Below are positions 26,841-41,233 of a stretch of DNA of 64,000 nt, one piece after another. The notes beneath the pieces are model-generated. The model had not been told where the DNA came from and searched no databases. It was given only the letters and a program-made list of their open reading frames with translations. Position 1 is the first letter of the stretch, and every line of letters starts with the position of its first letter. The position numbers and the translations under genes were made by a program. This DNA comes from Rotaria socialis (Eukaryota): positions 310,001 to 374,000 of the forward strand of contig CAJNYD010000015.1 of NCBI GenBank assembly GCA_905331295.1. The letters run 5' to 3'.

Positions 26841-27925
26841 AAGAAGAAACTGGACAAAATTTTATCTTGAATATATTCAAACAGCGACTGAATAAGTTTT
26901 GTGAGCAAATAGTGCATATCAATTAGTTTCCCCCTTTTTTTTATTTCCATAAATGTCATTTCTGTCTATTTTGGAATTGAAATGATAAAGAATTTCTCAG
27001 TAAAAAATAGTCTATTTGTCATTTTGACTTGATTTGCTCAGACAGCGGTTACAGGTCAATAATATCAAAAGTCGATCAATGCATTGTTTGTATTGCTTTT
27101 TTTGAAAATAAAGTCGCATTCTATTTCAATATACTATGATGAATCATTCACGAACTATATTGGTAGATAGTTTGCTCTGATTCATGGTAGGAAGTCGCTG
27201 TGCTCGACGAAAAGTACAAAAACAAGTTTAATTGCAATATGCGTTACACATAAAGAGTAAAAAACGATTTTGTTATTTTTATTAAAGTAATATTGTCTTT
27301 GAAATAAAATAATGTTCTAGTAAATTGAATCGATATAGTATCGACTAGAATTATTTAAAATAAGATGATCTTCATTGTAAACACTAGTTTTATTTTTACT
27401 TAGGCTATTGTGTGCTTTCAACGTTTCTAATGAAAGTAAAAATAATTATAGAGTTTCGCTCACTAAAAGTCTGATCCTATTTGTTCAAAATAATAAAGAG
27501 CTAAATCAAAGGATATAAAAAAATTCTTCAAATTGAAAGTCGAATAACGAATTGTATTTTCTGCTGAGGTCACAGGAGTTCGATTGAAATTGTTTTCTTT
27601 GTTAGACTTTGAAAGTTTCAACGAGGAAATTATTCAACTGTTTTTTCAAACCAATGAAACGAGAAAAGACAACTGAAATAATATCAGTTTTTTTGGTTTC
27701 ACATATGAGAGTATAAATTTTGAGCGAAAAAAAAATAATAACGCATTTTATCATAAAAATTCAAACCAACATGCAATGACAGATAGTGCAGGAACCAAAC
27801 AAAACCCACGATTATTTTGAAAATTAACATAATTTCGTCAAAATAAAATAACATGGAAAAATGTTCGATACTATTGCTGTCCATCAAGAAAAGATTCTCG
27901 TATTTTCTATTACAGTTATATTTTC

Positions 27926-29168
27926 ATGTTAATCACTTTATTTATAATATTTATGATCGCTTTTTTACTTAAACCATCAATAACAATTAATTATGTACGA
28001 TGATATAATGATAGTTGTACTACTGATTCAATTGCAACCTCGCCAATAATTGAATGTGATCGTTCATTACGTCTCTACTGTAGTACCACAACAGAACGAT
28101 GTGCTTGTTTGGTTAATATACATTGGAATTGTTCATTTTGTGATTGTACACAAGGAATGTATTATAATGGTATTACTTGTCAAGAACGTCTTGGATTCGG
28201 CCAATCATGTGATTCTCAATCTGATATCTGCATGGAATATTTAACGTGTTCGACAAGTACAAATTCTCGTGCTTGCCCATCAAGTTTATACTACAATCAG
28301 ACAGATTGTAATACGAGAATAGGATTAAATGACACTCAACCATGTACATTATCAAGTCAATGTGTTTCTGGTCTGATATGCAGGTAAATCAATGTTTATT
28401 ATTGAACTAGACAGTATATACAACTCGAGTTTTTTTTACTTCTAACGTGTGTTTAAGTCTAGCATCGCAAATATGGAATGGTGCTGGTTGTCAAAATCTG
28501 TCTACAAATGGTGAATATTGTGTCGCAAATCTTCAATGCGATAGTTCAGCTCTTTTAACATGTAATACTACACTTTCGAGATGCACATGTGAAATTAGTT
28601 CTTATTGGGATGGCACAATTTGTCGTCAAAGTCTTAACAATGGTTCACTATGTAACAATACTCAACAATGCTATTCAAGTTTAATATGCATTGATGGTTA
28701 CTGTCAATGTCCATATATCTATACACAATATTGGTCAAGTCAAACATCAACATGTGAATTATGCTATGGTACCGATCTTTTTCTTTTCGCTGACATTTGC
28801 ATCATATTCCAGTACCAACAAATTCAACAAGAGTAACATATTCCGTACTTTCATCTAGTAATATGCTATCAACAATTCAATATGATTACCAATTAAATTA
28901 TGTATTTAGTCAGCATGTACGTGTTTATAATTGGACACTAAACTTTTTGGCAACAATAAATCCAGTAGCAAATTATTTTCAAGAGGCTCCTGATAATACT
29001 TTAATAAAACCATCATATTTTTGTAATGAAACAGTTCGTTTATATTATACTGGTGATGTAATTTCCTTTAAACTTGCCACAAATACTCCGTGTCTTTGTG
29101 CTTTACCAAATACAACTGTTGGACAATTAGCTAATCAATTGAATGCATACATTTATCATACTAAATAG
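27926..29168 (+). pseudogene. Secreted Cys-rich repeat (EB/EGF-like) protein with possible C-terminal C-type-lectin-like region, disrupted
   Basis: Signal-like MLITLFIIFMIAFLLKPSIT and repeated C..C..C.C...YW.G..C units. Intron 28384-28457, in-frame TGA at 28001 and a frameshift near 28797. Confidence 0.65.
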
Positions 29169-29352
29169 ATGACGGTATAAAATCAGACAAATTGATTCGT
29201 GATTTTTGCTGCGAACGAAAAAGAAGAATACCAATGTTTATTTATTTTCTATATAAGGTTTATGCCTCTTGAATTTTTTTTATTTCTAATAAACGTAAAA
29301 CTTGAACATAGAAGTAAAGAGACTAACCAAGAAATAAGTTTAATTGATTATT

Positions 29353-30379
29353 TTATGATTTTTTTTCATCTGAATTTGATAGATCCTGAATCGGATGTTC
29401 TAGAACTTTATCAATAAGACCAAGACTTTTTGCACTTTCTGCATCAAAAAATCGATCACGATCAAGTAATTTTTCTATAATATAATATAATTTAAAAACC
29501 GATATCATATGAAAATGATCAAAAATAAAATGAATTACCTATTTCTTCACTTGTTTGACCTGTATGTTTTACATAAAGATTATTTATCAATCGTTTTAAT
29601 TTTAGAATTTCTTCTGCATGAATCATTATGTCTGATGCTTGACCCTATTATAAAATAATCAAAAAAAAATTTAAGCAAATAAAAAAAGAAGACCTATCAT
29701 CAAATACCTGAACACCACCAGATGGTTGATGCACCATAATTCTCCTAGGAAAGTTAGCAAGTATAATTTCTCTATTTTATATCAAAACACTTGTACATAC
29801 GAATTTGGTAATGAATGACGTAGACCACGTGTACCTGATGTTAACAAAAGTGATGCCTGGTAGAATAAAAGATTTATCGAGTTCTTGTCATTTTGTTTAA
29901 TTCATCTCACCATTGAACACGCTTGACCAACGCACCAAGTTGCAATCGGAGGTGTAATATACTATAATAATAATAAGAAAATCATTTAGTCTAATAATTT
30001 TAAGAAATTAAATTCTCTACATACTTGCATTGTATCATAAATTCCAAGACCAGCAGTTACTACGCCACCTAAAATAATTTAATGAATAAAAGATATTGCA
30101 ATCATTGATGAACAAACCGGGACTATTGATATACATGTGAACTGGTTTTTTGGAACTCTCAGATTGAAGAAAAAGTAGTTGAGCAATAATCACACTTGAT
30201 AATTCATCAGTTATTGGACCCATAACACATATAATACGCTCTTTCAATAAACGTGAATATATATCATAAGCACGTTCTCCACGGCCGGTCTGCTCAATAA
30301 CCATCGGTATTAATGGGTAAAAATTCTTAGCCGAAATATGTATTAATGCTCGTCGTGTTAAACTTTGCATAGGCAGCAT
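29353..30379 (-). CDS. CLPP: Mitochondrial ATP-dependent Clp protease proteolytic subunit, 225 aa. Exons 30379-30118, 30068-30025, 29961-29911, 29856-29801, 29744-29708, 29644-29539, 29474-29353
   Basis: [43 protein letters not shown] (catalytic Ser), [10 protein letters not shown] (His) and DRD (Asp). All introns are GT-AG and the 678-nt CDS is in frame. Confidence 0.96.
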
Positions 30380-31080
30380 CTTTTGATAGATAAAACAAAA
30401 TAGAAAAATTCGTTTATGCGAAAGAGAAAACTGGCTAAACTATTTTTATACTTGCAAACGATGTGCGACGGTTGAATACATTGTTTTTTTTCTAAATCTA
30501 AAATTAAAAAAATATATTTTAATATATTATAAATTCATTTTCTCTTCTCTCTTAGCAAAATTGAAAATGGGCCCCTTGAAAAATACAATAAAACAAAACA
30601 AAACAGCATCAGTCATATCCAACTTATTTAGTATCAGCTTGACAAGAATATCTTCTTTATGAAAAAAGAAAATATTCTCAAAAAGATTATTAAATTTATA
30701 ATCACAAGAAATGAATATTTTTTCCAAGCTATGCCAGTACTGTCCTATAATCTAAGTAAGATACAACAGATAAGCGTCTCATACGAAATAGAGATATGTT
30801 CTCCATTGAACTTGGTGTTCATTCTTTGTTTTAGCATGGGGTAACACAAGAAAATTCTCAGATAGACTATCGTAAGGGATGACAAGCATATTTTAACAAA
30901 TAAAATAGCTGAGCACTCGATGGAAAATATGATTATTTCGTAACATCCTCTATGGATATTAGTTGCCATATAGAAGAGTTTTTTTGAACAAAACAATGAT
31001 AAAATGTTCGTCTGAATCAATATTGAATATATTAAAAAAGAAATATCTGCACGATGAATATCAGTTTTGATGTTATAATA

Positions 31081-32032
31081 CTATATTAATTTTCTTGTTA
31101 CTGTTTTATTTGACTTTTCCGCTAATTGTCTCATCAACGCAAAGCGGCGTTGATTTTTATCTGGACGTTGCTGTTGTTGAGAGTTTTCTGGTGATATTGT
31201 TTTAATAAATTGTTCCTGATGATTATTTTCATCAAAATGAATTTCTTCAGTTTGCGTAGGAAGATCATCGGTTAATGTTGGAAATATTAAATCTTGATAT
31301 AAATCATCGGCTCCATCATTTATATTTTGATGATCTGCTATCATTGGACATGATTTATCAACATCAGTAACAGCACTTTCCATAAGCCAATTTTCTACTG
31401 ATGCTAATTGTTGATTTATATCATCGTGCAATGTTGGAACTGATAATTCTTCAATTTTATTATTAATTTCAATAGATGACGATGTTTTTGGTGCTAGAAT
31501 AAAAAATTGAAATGAGATATACATTCACCATATTATGTTTATGCAAAACATCATAATTTTTCAACTGCTTATATTTAGCGCTATCAAAATAAAATGCTCT
31601 GATCATATACGAGACCAATCAACAATCACTGAGTAAAGTATTTAACCATTTGTTTACACGGAATGAAAATTCAAATGACTGATATTCTTTTTCAAAAAGT
31701 TTTTGTTTCTTACATAAAACATTTGTTTTTTCCATTGAATCAATGTTCCATTCTTTTTTATTAATATAATTTTCAATATCATGAACATAGTCAGTAAACT
31801 GTTTTTGATATTCTTCTAATAGAAAATCTTTTTTTCTATCGGTTTGTTTTTCACGTAAAATCTGACATTGTTCAACAAGATCGTCATATGTATTTGTTAA
31901 TGATAAAATATCTTTCTCAATTGATTGTATATCAGTTTGTAAGAGTATAATTTTTTTTCTCAATTCAACATTTTTTCCACGTATTTTTACTGCATGACTT
32001 AATAAAGGTGACGAATTTACGGATGATTCCAT
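31081..32032 (-). CDS. Uncharacterised protein with coiled-coil N-half and acidic low-complexity C-half; at least 2 exons
   Basis: Two long same-strand ORFs with protein-like composition. Acceptor at 31494-31495; the donor near 31659 is uncertain. An AG before the ATG suggests an upstream exon. Confidence 0.55.
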
Positions 32033-33973
32033 CTAGAATATAAGCAAAATCATCGAATTATTGTTTTGGATTCGATTTCGATTTGTTCGAAACTACTGTC
32101 TTATATTTCAGAAGTTTGTTTATTTTACTAAAATATTACTGATCTTACATCTTCATTAACCTTCAATATACAAACTATCATTTATTCATGAATAAATGCT
32201 ATGTAAACAATATAGAATGGTTTATATTCAAATACAAATCAAATTTTCAGAACTCAACATTGATGAAAAAGTACTGCTAAATAAAATATTTCATTGGTTA
32301 ACACTAACTGACCAATCATAACCATATTCAATAGACGAACGACTTGACGGTGTGAATGAATATAAAAAATAGAACAATAATGCGAATGTGCACATCTGTA
32401 GCTTATTGCTAGAAAGAATTTCTACTGCATTTTCAAATAACGATAGTCCATATTCGGATTCTATTTACTAGTGTATTTACAGCAAACGACAAACTTCACT
32501 GTCGTTACTCCTATAACGTCATTTGAAATACAATTACGCTGTACGCTTGTATGATTGAGAAATTGGAAGTAGTAACCAATAAGATTAATATATTGACCGA
32601 TATCAACGAATAAATGGATTCTGCAGCGATAGTTGTGGATGTTGACTTTTGACAACAAGAACACCTACTTTTGCTACAAGAAAAGAAATGCTGAATTAGA
32701 AGTAATCTGACAATATTGGTTTCTCATTCAGATAGATTTGTGAATCTTAACCAAAAAATACTAAGTAAAACTCGTAAGAAAACAGTATTGAAACTTCACA
32801 ATAATCTCTCACTATCGCCGTGTCGACGTAATGCTAACAATATTTGTCATGGAAGTGAAGTTTTGATAAGATCAACATTAATAACTTGTATCTTATTTGT
32901 TCGTTCTTGGAAAAATTCAATTTGACTCTGATCACAATTTAATATTATGGTTTAAGGATACCATTCATCTTTATTTCACCAGGTTTATAGATGTTCTCTT
33001 TTAAATTACTGTTATTTTCCCCATGTAGTCAAACTTCGTCATCGCTTAACCAACCGGCAAAGATCGCTAGATAAAATATTATTTAGCGTAAGCTAACATC
33101 AAAAATGTAAATACCAATAGAAAAAATTACAAAAGCCTGCGGATTGTTTAATTTCATTACGTGCCGATCCTTGGAATAAAGGTGTTGACCACGATAATAA
33201 ATAAATTTAAGATCGTTATCAACATGTTTAATACGTAAGCTCCCAGCATCTATTGCTGCGAGTTCACTACATTCAACAAATATTTCTTCCAGACTAGATG
33301 TTAATAGTGCTTTTGACAACAGCGACTTGCTATATCGTAATACGAGTGTATTCACGTCACTACTATTATATCGCCTAGTTCGAACGAATGCAACAAGCCA
33401 ACTATTGTGTTTCTGAATATAAATAGTTTACTGTGATTTTACTTGCAGTTTAAATTCATTAAATTTTTCATCTACCCATTTAAATCGGTTTCAGAAAAAT
33501 TTTCTTTTTTTCACACCTAACGACGTTTAATAGCAATATCTTGGCACACTACCGAAGGTCGTTCATTCGAGTGCTCAATGTTTTGATCGAGATCAACTCG
33601 AGTCTTTTCTACTTCTATTTGAATTTTTCCAATCGAATCCTTCTCCCCTTTGTCAATCTGTATGTATGATATGTGAGTATCTACTCGTATGCTAATATCT
33701 TGTCGAATAGAATCAGGTTCTTGCATGATATTTATTCTAGTTGAAGTGCAAAATGTTACCGATGTTCGACTTAATGTTTACCACAAAAGGCCTGTTGACA
33801 TCCATTGGATATCAATATGCCACCTATCTTGTGACATGACATATACTTTCGTTTCGATGGAGTTTGAATTCACAGCTTTTAATAATCTATGTAAAACAAA
33901 TGTACAAAAAAAAGTAAGCTTTCTCTATCGCTAACATCAGTGTCACAAACTTCGACCGTTAAATTTATCATCA

Positions 33974-34260
33974 CCCAGGTCAATGATTCCGGGGGACGGA
34001 CACTGTAGGAATCGGCCGGAAAGATGCGGAAAAGTCACCGTGTCTGATCGGAAAGCACGGGAAAGCGCTGGAAAGTGGAAGCAGTATTCCGATCGGAAGT
34101 TGCCGGACTTTTTCCTGTCAACTTCCAGCGAGAAATTACAGGAAACTGACCGGAATCCACAGGAAAATAATCCGGCTATTTCCGACCGGAATACTGTTTC
34201 CACTTTCCAGCGCTTTACCGTGCTGTCCGGTCGTTTCCCGCCGTACCTCCACGATCTGGG
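33974..34260. mobile_element. CMC/EnSpm-like MITE
   Basis: CCCAGGTC / GATCTGGG termini, CA on both flanks, GC-rich CCGGAA repeats. Termini resemble those of 20128-20470. Confidence 0.75.
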
Positions 34261-34405
34261 CATTATTGTTGTCATTTGATGACATGCTCATCATGGACTC
34301 AAAAATATTCTAATGGTATGCTTTCAGGGTCTTTCTTTTCCATTATGTCTCACCATCATCTGTTGCAGAGGCATAAATATGTAGAATGATCAAAGTCAAT
34401 GCTCA

Positions 34406-34751
34406 CCCAATCAGACAAACTTTTAGGAAAACGCGTTTACACACTCAATCCGGAACCGCGATTGTGAGTCATTAACGCTCAGTAACGGAACGCAAGAAAT
34501 GCGTTTTTTATGCAGAATTCTCACTTTCAGAGCGTGAAAACTCCAATTCTGAACGTTTAAGCGAATTAGTTTTTAATTTATTGAATAACTGTGCATTTAA
34601 ACGCTCAGAATTGGAGTTTTCACGCTCTGAAAGTGAGAATTCTGCGTAAAAACCGCGTTTCTTGCGTTTCGTTACTGAGCGTTAATGATTCATAATCGCG
34701 CCTCCCAATTGAGTGTGTAAACGCGTTTTCCAAAAAGTTTGTCTGTTTGGG
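34406..34751. mobile_element. Foldback CMC/EnSpm-like MITE
   Basis: CCCAATCAGACAAACTTTT / AAAAGTTTGTCTGTTTGGG with arms of about 150 bp and a CA 2-bp TSD. Confidence 0.85.
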
Positions 34752-35190
34752 CAATTGAAATGAAAAAAACACGACTGTTGCAATAGAATTCGAAATCAAT
34801 AAAGGTTTTATGATTAACTTATTTACACTTCTTAAATTACTAGAAGTGTTTGAATCAATTAAATCAATTTTACACACGAAGATAATCAGTTATATACATT
34901 GTCTACGATGTTAAAAAAATATGATAAATTTTCGAGGCATCATAGAATATATATTTAGCAATATCTGTTTCTATTATGTTGGTGGTTTTTATAAAACTAT
35001 AGAGCTTATTCAACGATAGTCCAATAGATAAATGCTACGAGATTTGTGTTAGTAGTTCATGGAAAATAATTCTCTAGATTTGATTGCATAGATTAGATTA
35101 AAAGAAACACAGAATACGCATACATATTTTCTCATAAATGTCTACGATAAGAAAGTCTGTATTGGTGACTTGCAAAAAAGCGGCCAAGAT

Positions 35191-37455
35191 TTATTGCATC
35201 GGGCACTGAATACGTATTTCATTACTGGCATTTTTGTCGACTTTTACGCATGTAAGATTATTTGGTCCATCGAGAAATTCTGGCGGAAACTGCTTGTGAA
35301 TAAATTCCGTTGCAGGATCATGAAATTTTTCATAGAATGCAACAAAGATTTTGTCTTTGTCTTCTGTAGACAATTTCATGTAACCAGGATGTTTCTTCAT
35401 TACAATTTCATTAAAACCTGCACTATATATATCCAGAGTTTTTTCAATTTCTATGGCCGCTGGGCGTCTTTTCGGATTGTAGGCTGTACATCGAGCAATC
35501 AAATCGTCGAATATAGGACTTTTTTCTTGAAATATAATTTTATCGCTACGACATTGTTGAAATGTATGTCGGGTTGAAGTGAAAAGTTCATTTAATGTCA
35601 AGCCAAATGTAAAAATATCGAGTTTCTGATCGTAACTACCTTCATAGAATTCGGGTGGCATATATGATCCACAACCGATTTGTGTATGTTGATTCAGAGG
35701 ATCGACGACTCTGGCTATTCCCATGTCACCTATTTTGGCAGTATAATTTTCATTGACAAGAATATTATCTGGTCTAATATCTCGATGAATCATCGAGTGT
35801 TCATGAATCTTGCGCATTCCACTAGCAATATTTCTGGCCATATCTAATTTACGTCTTAGAGATATTTTCTTTCCCTTTTCTTTTATGACATTGGAAAGAC
35901 TTCCCTGAGCCATGTATTCCATAACAAGTATATATTGTTTATTTTGACCCTGTTTGTATGCTGCGAATCCATATGTCTTAAGAATGTAAGCACCAGACAG
36001 TTCTGCATAAGCGGCCAATTCTTTTAAGAAACTTTTCTCGAGTACTTCGGCGCCACTCGCTCTCGGCACAGTAATAACTTTGCATGCAACAGGACGATTT
36101 TTCGATATCCATTTAGCTTTGAAAACAGAACCTAGACAACCAAAATTTAACATGAAATATTATAAAAGTTTCTATTTCTATAAATACTATATACCGAATG
36201 CACCGCTGCCAAGTTCGTCTCCAAGTTGAATATCTTCAGCTGGAATTTGTTGAATAGCTCGACGCGGTATAAGAATAAGTGGATGCGAAGATTTGTGTGT
36301 TTTTGTAATAACATGATTTTCTACGCATTGTGGACATAAATCATAATTCGGACAGGTATCACATTTAAATCGCAATCCTTTGATGGATTCAGCTTTACAG
36401 CCGTCACAGGTAATCGATTCATGCACTTCACCAGCATGCATTTTTTTAAGCTTATTAAATGTTACATCTTCGTCGCTAACCTTTTCACCAAAAAGTTCAC
36501 CGGGAGATTTAAAATGAGCGAATGCATGACCACTCTTGTGTTCTTTGGATTCTATTCGACGTTCAAAGCAGGACCCACATAAGTTCAAGTCTTTACAATT
36601 TAAACACTTATAGCGATCACTGCTTATTGGATTAGTATCACATGCGGAACATGGCACCTTATGCTTTGGTTCATTTTCCTCACCATCAGCAGAACCTTGA
36701 AGCACTAGCTGTAGCATCCTCATAAGGACAGCATTACCAATTGCTTCACGTTCACTTGCATTTTTGTCATCGTCTAAAAAACTTAATAACTGTTCAATAC
36801 ATAAAAATTACAATTATTCAAGAGCTTCTTTTTAAATGATCAGATTTTAACTTCTAAAAGTACCGAAATCCTACAGTTTCTATTACATGTTACCTGAATC
36901 ATCTTTCACATCCGAAAGAATATCTGAAGCAGATGATGAGGCAGTATTGACTTGTTGATCATTAGACTTCTTCGTTTTCTCAGAATCTATAAAGAGTTAA
37001 TGTTTGAAAAAAGACTTGAAACAATATAATGATTATAGCATGTTCTTACTCGTTACTGGTTTACTTTTGGTAGGTGTCGTATCCACGTTGTAATGAAGCG
37101 TTTCACACTCTTTCCTAGTCCCTAATTACAGTTTCATGTAAGACGCTCAAAATTTCAAAAACAAGTCAATATACCTTTAAAAATGATTCTTCCCGTACGC
37201 TCTTCTCCACCACCATCATCATTGATGGTGTATGTTTCATAGAGTATAATTGTCTTCGATGGAGCTCGAATTTTTCGTTGAGATACGATAACAAATTTTT
37301 TGCTGTCTGTCCAGCGGATTAGACAACACGGCTCATTAGGGTCATCATTGTTTTCTAAAATGATATACTGTTATCAATTTGCTGATACCATAGTATTTCA
37401 ATGATATCTTACGAGGACGCTGAGTTAATGATTCTGCAAGAAATCGGCGAAACAT
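35191..37455 (-). CDS. Protein kinase (TKL-like) with two ZZ-type zinc fingers, 635 aa. Exons 37455-37413, 37354-37175, 37121-37050, 36986-36894, 36773-36195, 36131-35191
   Basis: ZZ motifs CSAC..RYKCLNC..LCGSC..H..H and CDGC..RFKCDTC..YDLCPQC..H..H. Kinase motifs LGSGAFGSV (across an intron), VACK, HRDIRPDN, DMG, YMPPE and DIFTFG. The 1908-nt spliced CDS is in frame. Confidence 0.88.
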
Positions 37456-39267
37456 ATTTGATTTTTGTTTTGTCTAAAACGTAATAGCAGTGCATATTTT
37501 AATATCAATATTTGATGTGGACATTGACTATAATAAACCGGAATAATCATAAAAGATGTAAGAATCATACAAACAAAATGATAAACAATTTATATCTGAT
37601 CATAACTTAGTATAAAAGCTGGTTACCTGTGCAATCAAGGTTTTTGCCCGCAAAGATACATTTTATTTTACACATGAGTGTTATAGATACAATAAAAAAA
37701 GTGCAGGTGGTGTGCTAAGAAGTCTATGGAGAATCGCAGAAGATGCTTGCAAAGCTTGAAGAGTTATTAAGAAAATTTAATGTGTTTTGTACAGCATACT
37801 TGCTTCTATGAGAATTAGAAGAAGGATTGATGGATACCAAAAAAGGAGCATTTGAGTAGTAAACGGTTTTCAGACTAAAACTTCTTTTCATCGACACTGC
37901 ACGAATGTTTGACACTTTACTATACTCTATAGTCGCTAAAGAGAAAAATGGTTACTGCTAGAGAAAAAAGAATTTTTACATACGCATTCATCTAGAATGT
38001 ATTGGATGTATGCTTTCTTTGAGAAATATGTGAAGTGTACCAGTGAAGTTTTCACTATATACTAGTCATTTACGAGAAAAATGAAAATGAATTAGAATAA
38101 TGTGCATTTTTATAGGAAAAATGATTTGAAAGTGTAGATGTAACTACGCGATTATGGCTTAATATCAATATTGGAAAGAATGAGAATCTGTTTGAAATAC
38201 ATGACTTTAACGCTGATCTGACAGAATTTTCTGGTGTTGAGTCTGTTGAATCAATAGCTCTGAGGGTGAAACTGAAAATATAGTCCAAATGTTAGTTGTG
38301 ATAGGAAAGGTGACTTATCTAGAATCGGTTATCGATGCGAGGTGTTGAAATAAAATCGCTTCCTGTAAGTATATCGAAATACTAATTTGCAGTTGTGTTT
38401 CTATGTCTCGAGTTGTACAATGTTTCAAAGTCAATCGTTTTTCAAAGGGAAAGTTTGTTTTATTATGTAAAATGCCACTAGAGGGAAATTAGAGTGTTTG
38501 AAGAACTTTCTCTATGAACTATGTTCGTGAAAAAAATTTAAAGAATAGAGTGGTGCTTGATATCGCATAAACATTTTGTGTAACATGGGAGAGACTGTTT
38601 GAAATGCATATCTATTCTAAATAGTAATCATACAAGAGTAGGACATATATATATGACTGATCATTCTAGATAAACCGGAAGGAATTGTTATTCAATTTTA
38701 ACTTGAAAAATATTTTCCTCTTGAAATTAGTATTTATCTCACGGATCGATTTTTTTTATCAATTATGATTTCAAGAATATGAGAAACTACATTACAAAAG
38801 GGCCTTGTTATGAAAATCTCAAAGAATTAAACCTTAATTTCGTTGAAAATACAATTTTCCACTATCTTTTACGCCATGAGGTTTTTATTATTTTGATGGT
38901 ACACATTTGTGCATACTATTTAAGAAGATGTCTCGCTAGTCCTCTTTTTAGACGAAACTTACTCAGTAAATATTAATATTCAACGGGATACTACAACAGT
39001 ACTGAGAAAATCATTTGTTGTAATGGTGAGGCATCCCGCGTTACATTACTTACTTCCTTTTGAGTAGTATTGAAGAGGCCTGTTTATTGTTGCTGTGTAA
39101 TTTATTTTTCTTTCAGATTCGAAGAAAGACATTCTTTTTTATTTTCTGGGCAGAAATGCGTTCTGTTAGTCAGTATGTGTTGTTTTTCAAAAATTCCATT
39201 TGACACAGTAAATATTATGTTGAAAAATAACCCTTCACAGTTCTGCTTCTTCTTTGTGTAGCATATA

Positions 39268-39490
39268 GGGGCTCGTCTAGAGGTGACGGGTTAGCATTAA
39301 AAGTGAAAATAATGCATTGATTTATTTCTCAAGGAAAATTGATTAATATAAATCTTTAGAATTAAGAGTAGTATCGGTGTTAGGAATGAGAAATTAGTGA
39401 ATAAATCCGCCTTAAGTATTTTCTTTACCATAATACACCAATGCATTATTTTCATTTTTAATGCTTTCCTGACATCTCTAGGCTCGTCTT
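39268..39490. mobile_element. Degenerate MITE
   Basis: Inverted arms CTAGAGGTGAC..AGCATTAAAAGTGAAAATAATGCATT / AATGCATTATTTTCATTTTTAATGCT..GACATCTCTAG. Confidence 0.55.
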
Positions 39491-41104
39491 ACATGTGATT
39501 TTTACGGCGTAAATATTTCTTTGTATTGACAGCAAAAAAAATAAAAACTTATCAACATCGCACAATTCTCAGAAAAAAACTGCGTAGAAAGGCGAGATGA
39601 TTAAGCAATCACAATGGCTTCCTCTAGAAATTGTGTTTCAAATTTATTGACATTAAAAGCACAGCAGAAATCCAGTGGAGTCCAAATGAAACAACTAGAC
39701 AGCGCATCGTTAACGTGCGACTTTATGACTAGCTCTTTTTTCTATCGGGTAATACATAGATTTATCCAAAAGGTAAATAAAAATATTCGCCTTTATCAAC
39801 GATTTTATTTCACACATCACGACACTTTTAACCTGCTTATGCTTCGAATGTTCTATAGAATATAATTGTGATGATTTGTGTTAGACGGATTATTAATGTA
39901 ACTGTACTACATTTGATTATCTTCTTTCATATCACAATAACGAAAACACTACAGCATATGATAAGGAGAGATGACAAGAGAACGCTAAGAATCATGCATG
40001 AATAGTCGATTCAACTGGGAAACTAGCGTAGATAGTGAAACTTAATAGGCAGAACTTGGAATCACTAACTGAATGTGATAGTAAATTTGTTAATTCATAC
40101 TAATTAGAGTCAAGACCATCAACCAATGTGTTTTTCAACATTGGAATTCTACGAATACTATCCTGAATAACGTGAATACTATTTATCCATCTATCAATCA
40201 TACGAACGTTCAACATAATCATCAAGGAGAAAAACAAAAAGTAATATATCTGTTAGTCAGCTCAACATTTATCACCCACATTAGTGATACAACATCATGT
40301 ACTTTTAAGAGTTACAGAACATGAGGAGAACTAAATTATATCAAACCTATAATATTATCTTCCTGGAAAAAAACTCTAAAAGACAACCACACTAACGTGT
40401 CACTAGTGTTTTTTAAATATGAGTTTGGATATCTATCATGCATAATGTATTTCTAAATACTGACCATATCATGAGTTTCAATTAAAGGTGAACAACGACA
40501 TCAACTTGTCTATAACTGTTCGAGATCATTTTGAACAGATGGATGATTTCAAAGTCATTTAACCAGTCCTCCCACGAAAACAAAGTTGTATGATATAGCT
40601 TTTCTATGCAAAATTTTATAACAAACGCTATTTTGGCACGTTAACCCACCGTTGTCTCCCTCTCTAACGCAGCCAAACGCATGGTTTTACCTATAGAATG
40701 ATTTAAATGCATTCTTTCTTTTATCGGCAACGGGATTTTTCTTGTGGACACTATAATACCGATTTTAATGTATTATTTTTAACTGGAAAAGGCTTACGTA
40801 AAAGTCGAGTGCTCTCCATTTTCCTTCTGATAACTGAAATATTAATAGTTAGTTTCTATTTAAAAATTTTCGTCAGCATTTCATCAAATGAAAAATTCAT
40901 AATCAATATTGTGTAAATACTAGGATTGATTCTTTTATTTTAAAATAAAATTATCAACCCCAAAAAGTTGACTTTAAAAATATTGTAGTATAGAAATATT
41001 TTAATTTATTTTAAATGAAAACTTTCGTAACTTATATTAACTTTGAGTTTGAATTGAATAAATCAAAAATGTATCCTTCAATTCAACATATATATATATA
41101 TATA

Positions 41105-41233
41105 TGTCGTAGGATAGATTATAATCCAGTTCAGGTTAAAATAATTTTGATTTGAACTAGTTCAGTTTAAAATTTTCTTTGTTGAAATCGAAGTTATTTT
41201 AATCTGAGCTGAATTTCAATCTGCCCTACAGCA
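41105..41233. mobile_element. Short palindromic MITE next to a (TA)n tract
   Basis: TGTCGTAGGATAGATT..CAGTTCAGGTTAAAATAA / TTATTTTAATCTGAGCTG..AATCTGCCCTACAGCA, with TA flanks. Confidence 0.55.

Noticed and set aside
28001..28003. In-frame TGA as possible selenocysteine or readthrough
   Set aside because: A separate frameshift in the same gene favours pseudogenisation, and no SECIS was recognised.
33083..33726. Short minus-strand ORFs with a faint NHL-repeat-like phrase (KLNNPQAF..IYIFD)
   Set aside because: Too degenerate to build a gene model or support a call.
33943..34279. Overlapping 110-aa and 98-aa ORFs on opposite strands
   Set aside because: They coincide with a GC-rich MITE, where stop codons are rare by composition.
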